Shown here: in pieces, positions 10,871 to 24,200 of the stretch | Layout of the letters: each line of letters begins with the position of its first letter | How positions within the stretch are numbered: position 1 is the first letter of the stretch | Assembly (NCBI GenBank): GCA_030704615.1 | Contig: CM060732.1 | Location: 35,464,001-35,528,000, forward strand | Source of the DNA: Takakia lepidozioides | Taxonomy: Eukaryota; Plantae; Bryophyta | Reading direction: 5' to 3' | Length of the DNA stretch: 64,000 nucleotides | Made by a program: the position numbers and the translations under genes | Notes under the pieces: model-generated | Database searches by the model: none | What the model saw: only the letters and a program-made list of their open reading frames with translations | Told to the model about the DNA's origin: nothing

Positions 10871-13310
10871 ATGAGTGATGAAAGAGAAGCTAGACGCCAG
10901 AGATATTCAGCAAAAAGAGAAAGCTATCTGAAAGCTAATTATCCATATCTTTGGGAGAGAGGAATAGACATAGGGGAATCATCTGGACCTCTCACACCAT
11001 TAAGATCAAAGAGTACATCACCCATACCGGAAGAACTAGAGTTGGATGTCACTCCTTCTGTTTCTTTGCAAGAAAGATTAAGGGAATTGGTACGGGAAGA
11101 AGATCAATCACGAGGTGAAAGATCTGAGGTACATCCCTGGATAAAAGATTTGACAGAAATCTTTGATAAGAGTTGGCATGGAAACCAAAAGCAGGAACTC
11201 CAGTTTCTGAAGCGGAAGGTGAAGAAGGAGGAGGATGTGGCAGAGCCAACGGAGAGTTCAGACTCTCCAACACCATTGCAGTTGAGTTACATGAGTGAAG
11301 AAGAAACCCAAGGGCAGAACTTGGAGGATGAAAACAGAGAGAAGAAATTGGAAGAGGAAGAATATGAAGAAGTAGACCCAACAGCTGAGGTTGAGACTAC
11401 AACCAGGACATCCCAACCCGTTGGACCTAGATCAAGTGGAGCACTTGGATCACAGGCCAACGAAGGTGTCGGTTCAGGGGGATCTGGCTCTGGGGGGACA
11501 GGGAGTGTGGGAAGTAGTGCAACTGAAGCTGGGAATACTGTGAATATCGTGGGGCGAGAAGCAGGGAGTGCTCAAGGGCCACCACTTGGTGGAAGATCCA
11601 CCACAAAAACAACAGGTCCAAAAGGACCAGCACCAGCAAGGGTGCCAGCACCTGTCAGTGGGCAGAAGGTAGGGCCACAGATGGCATTACAACCAACACG
11701 GGCAAAACCACCTTTTCCAATATATTCAAGAAAAGGGGATCCCGATGTACACATTAGCCAATTTGAGCATATGTGTATAGTGAACAATGAGAATGGCGAT
11801 GATGCCAAGAGATGAGATTGTTTCCCTGTTCACTTATAAAGAAAGCAAGTGAATGGTATGCAAGATTCCCTGATAATCATTTCCTAACCTGGAATGGCTT
11901 GAATACAACATTCCGAAATAGGTTTAGGACAAGTAAAACTGAGGATGAAGTGTATGGAAGTTTACAACAGTTAAAGCAAAAGAAGCATGAAACTGTTGAG
12001 GAGTATATGGAAAAGATGGAATTGATGATGAAAAAGCTGGCTGCAGTACCAGCACCAGGTTTACAGAAGACTTGGTTTGTGAGTGGATTAAGACCAGAGT
12101 TGCAAAAGAAAGTGGATATGTTACCCCATAATACAGGGGAGGAGGCAATTGAAACTGCAAACAGAATTGAGCAATTGGGAATGCTCAGGAGAGAGAAAAG
12201 GGATGATGAAGACTCTGAGGATGAGTTAGATGAAGAAGAAGAGCAAGAACTAAAAAGGAAGAGTAAGAGAAAGGAGAAGTTGAAGAGGGATAACTATGAG
12301 AAAAGATTGCAAGAAATCTTGAAGAAGTATGCCACAGAGGCTGTAACACATTGGAGGAAGGGTGTATGGTGTGCAAAGTGCCAGAATGAAGGCCATACCA
12401 CCACAGAATGCCACATGAAGGAGAAACACTGTACTATCTGTAAAATGGATAACCATTCTACTGAGAATTGTTACTACAACAGAAGGACAGCTGCAAGAGA
12501 ACCTAGGCAAGTAAGGGTGCATCAAGTGCAGCCCCAGCCAAGAAGAAACAATGATCAGGACCACTATGGTAGGTCTGGTGGTTATAACAATGGCATGGAA
12601 GGGAGAGGTAATTCAAGAGGGAATTACCAAGGAAATTCCAGAGGCAACTATCAGGGTAATCCAAGAGGGAATTACCAGCCCGGGAATCAGGATTACAGAA
12701 ATAATCCAAGAACAGACCAAGGGCGAGGACCCAATGGTGAAGAACTATGTTACTATTGCAATCAGTTAGGACATCGCAAGGCAGCGTGTTCATTCTGGAT
12801 AAGACACCAAAATGAGATGAGAGCTCCTGTGAATGAGGGCCCAGTGGTGGCAGCTCACATGGTTAGGCCATGTGTTGTACCAGAAGTAAGTACAATGATA
12901 GTAACCAGAAGCAAAGCTAAATTAATACCTCCGGTAGTTGAGGAAGATGATGATAATGAAGGTGACAGTGATATACCTGAAGATGATGAGGCTTGGAGAG
13001 AGAAGAAGGAACTGCACAAGGAAGTGGCAGATACCATAAGGGAAATGCAGAAGAGTACTGATATTCCTGTAGCTGATTCCTCTGATTCTGATAGAGAAGA
13101 AGAAGTGAGTGAGGAGGAAAGGAAGAAAGAAGATGTAGACATGCAAAGTAAAGAAGAGACTTTGGCTGAAATAATATGCCAGACCAAAGCAGAGATTACC
13201 ATTGGACAGCTATTGGCTGTGGCACTATCACAGGCTGTATCAATCGAATTGCCCAGGAGACAGGAAACACAGACCTGAACAGCAAGGTGACCAGTTATAC
13301 TGTGAAGCCG
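10871..13310 (+). pseudogene. gag: gag of element B (retrotransposon capsid region + three CCHC zinc knuckles), frameshifted
   Basis: GDPDVHISQFEHMC...LFPCSLIKKASEWY...LKQKKHETVEEY; knuckles CAKCQNEGHTTTEC, CTICKMDNHSTENC, CYYCNQLGHRKAAC. Confidence 0.92.
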
Positions 13311-16300
13311 CACGGCCTTGGTACAAGCGTAACCTTGAGTTTTAAAGAAACTCCCTTCTTGGAATAAGTCCCCTATTTGCAGTCTTGCCCTGTGCCCCTC
13401 CACATGCACTTGACCTGCTGGCAATCGAAACAATTGTTGTAGGTATAGGGGAGTAAATTACTAATTCACTCCCTTCACCGTTGTTGCTCCTGTCTTAGAC
13501 TCGAAGTTCTGCAAGAATTGTAACATGTACTGTCGATGGTGCAATGTCCAATCTTTGTTTTGCAATCCTTGCAATCTCAGTTCCTTCAGTAACTGTACTG
13601 CCTGTGGAGTAGCAATCATTTGATCCTGCAGGATTGTGGTGCTCTTCACCCTGATTTCCTCCATTCCTCTCAAACCCACAGAAATGTTTTGGCTGTAACA
13701 ACTGAAGAAATGCCTGTAGTGCACAAAGCATAAACGTATGGTTGCCACAAAAAACTATGGGTAATTTCTTGTAAGCCTTCGGGGCTTGCAAGCATCGATC
13801 AAGAGAAAAGCTCCGCTCTGTTCTTTCGTGTCTATGCCACTGCGTAAGTAATATTGCGAGCGTATAGTCTGTTAGTTCCTCCATAGCTTCACAGCTATAG
13901 CATTGATGGTCTGTCCTGTCGAGACGCCCGTTACTTAGAACGACGCCGACTCTTGCACTTATTCCCTCTAATTTCTTGATCCCTTTTATGGCTTTCGATT
14001 GGCTGTAACCGCTGTGACTGGATTTTAAATTTAATTTTCTTTAGTGGACTTTCCATGCTGGATTGTCCACTAGGATCACACATGTGACAAGCTTTTTTCT
14101 TTTCTGTACTTGCTGTTTGTTCCGTTCCCCTTTTTTCCATATTCATTAATGGGCCCGCCTTCATCCGAATGACGCTAAGTAGGTACTTTGACGGCCATTC
14201 TTGTCCTCTTTCTTGATGACACCTGTTCTTGCACTTCCTTCTTAGCTGTGTGTCGCGCCCTGACTTCCACGTGTCTATTTTTAAACTGTTTTCCGTCCTT
14301 TCTTCCGTCGGCCATTTTCCTGAAGTTATTGTGCGTCCATCTGTCACTGATTCTATGGATCGTGTAACCCTAAGCTGTGACTGGCTGTGTCATACTGTGG
14401 TACGCTGTGATAGGCTGTGATGCACTGTGGTAAGCTGTGATAGGCTGTGACACGCTGTGGTAGGTTGTGATAGGCTGTGTTGCGCCGTGTTGGGCTGTGA
14501 TAGGCTGTGTTTCGCTTTGATGGCTGTGATAGGCTCGTGATGGGCTGTGATAGGCTGTGTTTCGCCTTGATAGGCTGTGATAGGCTGTGTCACGCTTGTT
14601 CTGCCCGCCCTTGTCATATATGCTCGGCCTAGCGACAAGTGCTCCATACTCCGTTGGTAACACTGGTGCAGCCCGTGACTGCTCTTGCGTTTCAACATGC
14701 AAATCATGCTGCAATGGTTTGTCATGGATACCACTGTACCCCCTTCAACTTATTGGCATTGACTCTTCCCAGCATTTCTTTGTTAATGGTTTGTAACATG
14801 GCGGTGTTGTTATCATAATCTTTTGTATGACATAAGGTCCTTTCCATGGTGATTTAAGCTTAGAAGCTTTAATCTTTCTCTTTTTCTGCAACCATAGAAC
14901 CAAATCTCCCGTCTTAAAAGTTTTTAACTTGCCTTCATCAAACTGTTCCTTCCTCTTCATCTGAATTATGGTCATATTATCAGCTGCATCAGCACGTACT
15001 TCTTCCACATGGTATAATTCATGTTTCCTGACCTTAATGGAATCTTGCAATTCCATTCTCTTTCCCCACTCCGTTCTCATGGTAGGTAACAGGAATTCCA
15101 CTGGAAGTAAGGCTTCCATACCATAAACTAATTGGAATGGTGTATACTTAGTGGTGACTTTATATGAAGTCCTGTATGACCACAAAGCTGTCAGCAGCTT
15201 TGTATCCCAATCCGTTCTGTTTGCATTGACTATCTTAGCCAAGATAGTACATAGTATTTTGTTGGTAGCCTCTGCCTGTCCATTACCCTGTGGGTAATAT
15301 GTTGTACTTTTCCTATGCACAATCATTAATTCTTTAGTCAATAATTCAATGGTCTCATTAATGAAGTGACTTCCCTGATCACTGATAAATTCCAAGGGAC
15401 AGCCAAATCGTGTAAGTATGTTCTCATACAGAAACCTTGCTGTGGACTTGGCTGTGTTGTCCCTCAAAACTTTAGCTTCCACCCACTTTCGTAGTATAAT
15501 CAGTGGCTGTAATTATGTACCTGTTCCGTGTATTCTTGGCTGGTGGTTAATTGGTCCAACAAAGTCTAGTCCCCATTTCTGAAATGGTTCCGTAGGCATT
15601 GTAGGATGCAAGGCCATCCTTCCAGATCTGCAAAGGTCCTAGCCTCTGACATTCATCACAACTCTGACAATACTCGTGTACATCTTTGAACAAAGTAGGC
15701 CACCAGTAACCTGCGAGTAGTAGCTTCCTACTGGTAGTCTCTTCTCCAAAATGACCTCCAGCCACTCCTTTATGAACTTCCTCCAAAACTTTATTTACTT
15801 CATGGTGGTACAAGCATCGTTTTAGTACTCCATCAGGTCCTAGCTTATACATTCTGCTTCCTACCATAGTATAAGGTAAAGCTTTGATAGCGATTCTCTT
15901 CCTCTGCTCCTTACCATAACTAGGTGGGCATTGACCATGAGTAAGGTAGTATCTGATTGGCCACTGCCAATCTAACCATTCATCTGCACTTCCTTGCACC
16001 TCCATTACAAATAAACTCGCATCAGGTAATTGATCGTCCACTCCTGTGGCAGCCTCTCCTGTTGTTAGTCGTGACAAATGATCTGCCACAAGATGCAACG
16101 GCCAGGCTTGTAAATAACTTCGAACTCAAACTCATGCAAGATTATCAACCACCTCGCTATCCTTCCACTTATCAAAGGTTTGTTCACCAGATATATCAGA
16201 GCCTGGTGATCCACATAGAACATAAACTTTCTTCCCAATAGGTAATGCCTGAATTTCTTACTGCATAATCATTGCCAGTGCTTCTCTTTCAGTTGTGCTA

Positions 16301-18243
16301 TAGTTCCTTTCAGCACTGTTCATCAACCTGCTAGCATAGTACACAGTGAATCTATATTTCCTGTAACATTCTGGGCTAACACCGCTCCCAACGCTTCTCC
16401 TGATGCATCGCAGTGAACTGAAATACTACATGCCAGTGAGGGTTAATCAACACAGGTGTAGTTGTTACTGACAGTGTAAGTTCCTCAAACGCCTGTTGAC
16501 ATTCAGCTGTCCAGGCAAACACTGCATCTTTCTTCAGAAGCTTGCTCAATGGTGCTGCTATTTGTGCATACCTTTTGACAAATCTTCTGTAATAACTGGT
16601 TTGCCCAAGGAATCTCCTTAGACTCTTAACATTCACTGGTGGTGGAGAGGCTTTCATGGCCTCTGTCTTCCTGGGATCCACAAGAAGTCCCTTCTTACAC
16701 ACAATGTGTCCCAGAAGCACCCCTGAGTTCACACAGAAAGTACACTTCTCTGGATTCAGGCCCAGACCTCTCATCCTGCATCTGGCCAGACATAACTCCA
16801 ATTTATGCAAGTGCTCATTCTTAGAGCTGTACACACTGAAATCATCCAAGAACACCTGCATGAAATCATCCAGATACTCATGAAAAGATTCACTTATTAC
16901 TCTCTGAAAGGTTGCTGGTGCATTACAAAGTCCAAAGGGCATGACTTTGTATGCATAAGCACCCCCAGTCTGTGATGAAAGCTGTCTTTCCTTGATCTTC
17001 TTCTGCCACTTGCACTTGATTATAACCACTGACCCATCCATGAATGAGTACATCTCATGGCCTGCCCAGTGTCCAATACTGCTTTGTGAATGGCAAGAAA
17101 ATGATCTTTCTTCGTACAAGCATTCAGCTTCTTGTAGTTCACACATACTCTTAGTTTACCATTCTTCTTGGGAACTATAACAATGGGTGACAACCAAGTT
17201 GTATACTCTATTGGGTATATAAACTTAGCCTCAGCCAACTTCTTGATCTCTTCTCCAACCTTCTGTGTGTAGTTGGGATTCATTCTGTACCTCGCCTGCT
17301 TGATTGGTGCTGACCCTGGTTCCAGTTCAATCTTATGCTGACAGATTTCAGGTGGTATCCCTTTTAGATCCTCATAGCTCCAAGCAAATAATACATCTCT
17401 GTATTTGATGAACAAACTCTTAGCTTCTTCAAAGAATTCTGGCTCCAAATCAGCTCCTACCTTCACCATCCTCGGTTCCTCTTTAGTTCCCACATTCACT
17501 TCCCTCACTTGCTCATCAGCAGTGATTGTCCAACCAGTCACCACTTCATCCTGTAAACTCACAGTGGCTGGTTCCTCTAGGATTTCCATTTCTCCTTCTT
17601 TTTCTTCATAGAAATGTGATGGGTAACTGCTGGTTTCCTCTCAGTTGGTGTTGCTGTCACTACACCACAGCAGATACCTCTTAAACAACTTAGGCTTTCC
17701 AGCCGCATCTCTGCAACCTGCTCCCCACTCTGGGTGTGCAGCAAATAGGGTAGCTTCATGCTCTCCTCATCCAGTCCTCCTTTCCAGTCATACTCTCTGA
17801 CTCCTCGAGGTCTTCTTGTAGCAGGTAATCTACTAGATTTCTTTGTGGTAATTTGTATCTCGTGTATCCCATTATGCACGGTTAGTAACTGAGAATTCCA
17901 GTCATGGAATACCCTGGCCTGCAGCCACGGACGTCCCAATAATAAGGAGTAAGCCTCCATGACTTCATCCATCTTCAACACAGTTACTGTGATCATAAAG
18001 ATCATTTTCTGTATCTGTATCTTAACTCCTCTTATTAATCCCAATGGCTGTACACTTCTTTGATCTGCCATTGTTACTGTAAATGGGGCTGTTCATGTTA
18101 CTTAGACCAAGCTTCTTTCTCAATTGGTCTGTCATGATATTTACTCCAGAACCTCCATCTATCAGTACATCAGTTAGTTCTGTGCTTCCAATTCTCAATT
18201 GGATTACTGGCATAGAATCATCAAAGTCCATGACTGTTTCTCG
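13311..18243 (-). pseudogene. pol: Inverted segment of element B: protease-RT-RNase H-integrase plus start of accessory ORF
   Basis: LIDGGSGVN, MPFGLCNAPATFQR, FLDD, GGHFG...[17 protein letters not shown] and GNGQAE all read on the minus strand between plus-strand flanks. Confidence 0.93.
14372..14593 (-). repeat. 10-bp CACAG-based / 30-bp higher-order tandem repeat after integrase (element B)
   Basis: (taggctgtga)-type 10-mers; same array as 27301-27525. Confidence 0.88.
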
Positions 18244-19709
18244 GGCTAAAGGAGGTAGATTGAACGTTCTGTTGCCATGAACAGAACCAACAGTACTTGA
18301 GCAGATCCTCATACTCAAAGCCCTGAGAGGAGAAGAGATAGAATGGGCGGACATAATGTACACGCCCTGGTAGAGGAAAAGATTTCAAAGTACTGCCGCA
18401 AAGTCTCCTATCATAGTGTCTGGCCCAATCATTGTTCTTGATTCTGGCATCCTTGATGCTCGAGAAAGAAAGGAGATGGGAGTGTTTGAGCCAGAAACCA
18501 CTGCAATGAAGAGCAAGGCTCTTCAGAGGGGGACTGGCAGGGCAACCCCAAACTAAGAGACTGGGGAAAGACTGTAGTGGCGGATCCACTGGCTGAATCC
18601 GCATGATACTGTTTCCCAAGCTCTTGTGCAGGAAGGGCACAACAACACAGAGAACTTCTATTATTGGAAGCGGACCTTCAGAGAGGGAAGAGGAAGTTAC
18701 TTCAGTATCACAGCCATCAAGCCAGATGATCGGCTTGTCACAAGTTACCACAAGTTGTTCATGCAGTTCCACTAGAAATAATTGATTTGGAAAGAAGGGT
18801 AAGATATTCCCTACAGAGGTGGTGGCAGAAATTGCCTTCTCTATGATATCTGGTCTGGTCAAGGAGACAGAGATTCCAGAGGTGCAACAGTTGCCCAAGG
18901 GAAATCTTGAGGTGTATATAATAGTCGGAGGTAGAATGTCAAGACACTGCAGCACCGGTGATGGATCAGAAGAAATCTGGTGGACAATGGCCTGATAGAC
19001 ATCACCTATTGTCAGGGAGAAGGAGAACATCACCATGATGACCCTCAACAGGCAATGCTTATGAATTCCATAGGCAGAACACTTAATTTGTTGGGACTTA
19101 TGTCAAATCCCATTTCCAACTACCCAATTGACAGCCTTGAGAGAGGAACTCAGGAAGGAGTTTGAGGCTCGACTCCACTGTGTGCAAACAAGTCGATGAA
19201 GAGGTCACTCTCAGATGCAGCAAGACTTGGAGAATACAGAAGCGGCTTTGCAATTGGCCACAATTGATTGAGGCAGGCCTCGCGCAAGACCAATTGGCAC
19301 AGCTATTGCAGTGAAGCATGAAAGGTTGCAAGAAGTGAATTCACTACATATTGCAGACAGCATGACATGATGGCCATACAATGTGCTACACTCACAACTG
19401 TTTTGACCAATCTACAAAAGAAAACAGTCAAGCGGAAAATGTATGAAGATAGAGGAGAGAATGTTGAGCAAATGAAACTCATTGTCGATATGAAATACAA
19501 TCTGTCGTAATGAGGATACTTTCAAGCAATACAGAAGATTGAAGCTGATCAAGAGAGGCACTCCTGGAGTTTTAGAAATGAAATTTCGTCGCTAACAAGG
19601 CTTGGAAGGAAGCCAATAACCTACTGGCTGCCTATGCGAATTTGGTTGACCTCATTGAGGCTTTACAACAGCAATTATGTACAAACTAAGCACACTCTCA
19701 GAGAACCAC
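18244..19709 (+). pseudogene. Heavily deleted middle of the accessory ORF of element B
   Basis: Colinear with 28588-30264 but has many small deletions. Confidence 0.82.
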
Positions 19710-20600
19710 TATTAGAGGACTGTCGGGACTTAGACACTTATACGGGATCTGTAGGGTACCCTTAATTTTTGCACAGACTGAGACCAACAGGAGCCTTAGG
19801 GGTGACAGCAGCGCACTGTAGGGGGTTACACAAACAGTCGTCACAACACAGCCAACACAGCCGTCACAGTCGTCACAGACAGCCAACACAGCCCGTCACA
19901 GTCGTCACAGCCGACAGCCCACAACAGTCGTCACAGTACAGCCGCCACAGGCACACAGCCAGTCACACAGCCACGGCTTGACACAGCTGTCACGATCATA
20001 GGGAACGAAGAGTAGGACAGGGAACGACTGTGGGGAACAACACCTGCGAAGGGAACATGTTAGTTCACAGACGACGGTTAGTGAGGGAAACGGTTAGAAC
20101 CGCGGATAGGAAGATAAAGGGAGAAACGGGGAATTGAGGGACATCATTCGGAGGAGGACTTCTTGGTGATGAGGAGAGGGGATCGGGCAGAGATGAAGAA
20201 CGGAAGTGAAGATAGAGAGATGATGAGTAGACATATGCAAGCTGTAATGATATTGTAGAGAGATTAGAGACACATGGCTTCGGCCTGATACCTGATAAAT
20301 CATAATCGGATACTTTACGATACAATCACACTGTGTAGAGAGATCTGAGTGAAGCTGTGGAATGAATGGATGAGTTGATGGAATCCAATAGATTGATAAA
20401 GCAAACTGATACTTAATTATCAATGGTAAGATAGCTAACATGAATAAAGGGAAACAAATAGGAAACACCCCCATGATACACTAGCTGTAGGTCATGACTG
20501 ATTGTTCTGCGCGGGCTGAGTACTTAGAGATTTCCAACTCTTCTATCTTGGAGTTTCCGCCTCGATAGCGAAGGGATGGGTGAGTAAAAGCCGCGCGACA
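19710..20600 (+). repeat. 5' LTR of element A (TG start mutated to TA)
   Basis: TATTAGAGGACTG...CCGCGCGACA; matches 31783-32700. Confidence 0.93.
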
Positions 20601-21187
20601 TTTGGCGACCATACTGGGGACTGGACATGAACAACCAGATGTGACAGGCATCTGGTGGGATCATGGTGGTTGGACCATTAAAGAATTTGAAGTGAATCAA
20701 ATTCCCTGTGGAACGAAGGAAGAAAGATTGTCCAAACAATTCTTTCAAAGGTTCTTGGAATTGCCAGACGGTTGTAAAGAAATATTCTTAAGCGAGTGCA
20801 TGATGCTGATCCAGAATGGGGTCTGGAGAAAGGAGTGATAAAGATTTATCAGGTAGCCTGTAGAGGAAGAGCACGTTGGTTACCAACATTGGTTTATGTG
20901 ATAGCATTGCTATCCATTAAACGAGTAGAGTTTGAAGGCTGGGAAGAAAGAAAAAGGTGAATGTTTATACTCATATGCATGAAGAGCTTGTACTGGTAAA
21001 GAATTGGATTCCAAAGGATATTTTTGTGGATCAAACTCACACCAAGAACAGCTTTTCAGACTGTTTGCCATATGGTTATATGGTAACGGAGACTTCAAGT
21101 ATAGCCAAGGGTGCATTGAAGCTTGAAAGAAACCCAGGCATATACGAGAGATATTACAGAAGAGAGTTTTGGTTATTGCCACATTAA
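20493..21187 (+). pseudogene. ORF1 of element A, frameshifted
   Basis: ORFs 20602-20838 and 20957-21187 match 10153-10848. Confidence 0.75.
20603..20620 (+). promoter_or_regulatory. Primer binding site of element A
   Basis: TGGCGACCATACTGGGGA after the 5' LTR. Confidence 0.85.
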
Positions 21188-21208
21188 AAGAAATGAAAGA
21201 CATGGGAC

Positions 21209-24200
21209 ATGAGTGATGAAAGAGAAGAGACGACAGAGATATTCAGCAAAAAGAGAAAGCTATCTGAAAGCTAATTATCCATATCTTTGGGAGAGAGGAA
21301 ATAGACATAGGGGAATCATCTGGACCTCTCACACCATTAAGATCAAAGAGTACATCACCTATACCGGAAGAACTAGAGTTGGATGCCACTCCTTCTGTTT
21401 CTTTGCAAGAAAGATTAAGGGAATTGGTACAGGAAGAAGATCAATCACGAGGTGAAAGATCTGAGGTACATCCTTGATAAAAGATTTGACAGAAATCTTT
21501 GATAAGAGTTGGCATGGAACACCAAAAGCAGGAACTCCAGTTTCTGAAGCAGAAGGTGAAGAAGGAGAAGAGGATGTGGCAGAGCCAACGGAGAGTTCAG
21601 ACTCTCCAACACCATTACAGTTGAGTTACATGAGTGAAGAAGAAACCCAAGGGCAGAACTTGGAGGATGAAAACAGAGAGAAGAAATTAGAAGAGGAAGA
21701 ATATGAAGAAGTAGACCCAACAGCTGAGGTTGAGACTACAACCAGGACATCCCAACCCGTTGGACCTGGATCAAGTGGAGCACTTGGATCACAGGCCAAC
21801 GAAGGTGTCGGCTCAGGGGGATCAGGCGGGCTGCCTGGATCTGGCTCTGGGGGGACAGGGAGTGTGGGAAGTAGTGCAACTGAAGCTGGGAATACTGTGA
21901 ATATCGTGGGGCCAGAAGCAAGGAGTGCTCAAGGGCCACCACTTGGTGGAAGATCCACCACAAAAACAACAGGTCCAGGAAACCAGCAAGGGTGCCAGCA
22001 CCTGTCAGTGGGCAGAAGGTAGGGCCACAGATGGCGTTACAACCAACACGGGCAAAACCACCCTTTCCAATATATTCAGGAAAAGGGGATCCCGATGTAC
22101 ACATTAGCCAATTTGAGCACATGTGTATAGTGAACAATGAGAATGGCGATGATGCCAAGATGAGATTGTTTCCTTGTTCACTTATCAAGAAAGCAAGTGA
22201 ATGGTATGCAAGATTCCCTGATAATCATTTCCTAACCTGGAATGGCTTGAATACAGCATTTCGAAATAGGTTCAGGACAAGTAAAACTGAGGATGAAGTG
22301 TATGGAAGTTTACAACAGCTGAAGCAAGAAGAAGCATGAAACTGTTGAAGAGTATATGGAGAAGATGGAATTGATGATGAAAAAGCTGGCTGCAGTACCA
22401 GCACCCGGGTTTACAGAAGACTTGGTTGTGAGTGGACTAAGACCAGAGTTGCAAAAGAAAGTGGATATGTTACCCCATAATACAGTGGAGGAGGCATTTG
22501 AAACTGCGAACAGAATTGAGCAATTGGGAATGCTCAGGAGAGAGAAAAAGAAGATGAGGACTCTGAGGATGAGTCAGATGAGAAGAAGAGCAAGGAACTA
22601 AAAAGAAAGAGTAAGAGAAAGGAGAAGTTGAAGAGGGATAACTATGAAAAAAATTGGAAGAAATCTTGAAGAAGTATGCCACAGAGGCTGCAACACATTG
22701 GAGGAAGGTGTATGGTGTGCAAAGTGCCAGAATGAAGGCCATACCACCACAGAATGCCACATGAAGGAGAAACACTGTACTATCTGTAAAATGGATAACC
22801 ATTCTACTGAGAATTTTACTACAACAGAAGGACAGCTGCAAGAGAACCTAGGCAAGTAAGGGTGCATCAGGTGCAGCCCCAGCCAAGAAGAAACAATGAT
22901 CAGGACCACTATGGTAGGTCTGGTGGTTATAACAATGGCATGGAAGGAGAGGTAATTCAAGAGGGAATTACCAAGGAAATTCCAGAGGCAACTATCAGGG
23001 TAATCCAAGGGGGAATTACCAGCCCGGGAATCAGGATTATAGAAATAATCCAAGAACAGACCAAGGGCGAGGACCCAATGGTGAAGAGCTATGTTACTAT
23101 TGTAATCAGCCAGGACATCGCAAGGCCTGTTCATTCTGGATAAGACACCAGAATGAGATGAGAGCTCCTGTGAATGAGGGCCCAGTGGTGGCAGCTCACA
23201 TGGTTAGGCCATGTGTTGTACCAGAAGTAAGTACAATGATAGTAACAAGAAGTAAAGCCAAACTAATACCTCCAGTAGAAGAGGAAGAAGATGAGATGGA
23301 AGTGGCAATGATATGCCTGAAGATGAAGAGACTTGGAAAGATGAGAAGGAACTGCACAAGGAAGTGGCAGATACTATAAGGGAAATGCAAAGAGTACTGA
23401 TATTCCTGTGGCAGATTCCTCTGATTCGGATGGAGAAAAGAAGGGAGTGAGGAAGAAAGGAAAAAAAGAAGATGCAGACATGCAAAGTAATGAAGAGACT
23501 TTGGCTGAAGTAATATGTCAGACCAAAGCAAATTACCATTGGACAGCTATTAGCTGTGGCACCTTATTGTAGGCACAGGCTGTATCAAGCAATCAATCGA
23601 ATTGCCCAGAGACAGGAAACACAGACCTGAACAGCAAGGTGACCAGTTATAATGTGAAGCCGGAAGGGCGAGAACAGTCATGGACTTTGATGATTCTATG
23701 CCAGTAATCCAATTGAGAATTGGAAGCACAGAACTAACTGATGTACTGATAGATGGTGGTTCTGGAGTAAATATCATGACAGACCAATTAAGGAAGAAGC
23801 TTGGTCTAAGTAACATGAAACCAGCCCCATTTACAGTAACAATGGCAGATCAAAGAAGTGTACAGCCATTGGGATTAATAGAGGAGTTAAGATACAGATA
23901 CAGAAAATGATCTTTATGATCACAGTAACTGTTAAAATGGATGAAGTCATGGAGGCTTACTCCTTATTATTGGGACGTCCGTGGCTGAAACAGGCCAGGG
24001 TATTCCATGACTGGAATTCTCAGTTACTAACCGTGCATAATGGGATACACGAGATACAAATTACCACAAAGAAATCTAGTAGATTACCTGCTACAGAAGA
24101 CCTCGAGGAGTCAGAGAGTATGACTGGAGAGGAGGACTGGATGAGGAGCAGGAAGCTACCCTATTTGCTGCACACCCAGAGTGGGAGCAGGTTGCAGAGA

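Noticed and set aside
13276-13278. Stop after PRRQETQT as the true gag end
   Set aside because: It arises from copy-specific indels. Other frames give APYCRHRLYQAINRIAQETGNTDLNSKV, which runs into the protease.
18244-19709. Apparent locally accelerated decay of the accessory ORF
   Set aside because: Dense small deletions confined to one stretch look like low-quality consensus. The many single-base indels across all copies may also be partly sequencing error, so pseudogene status and programmed-frameshift inferences are unsafe.
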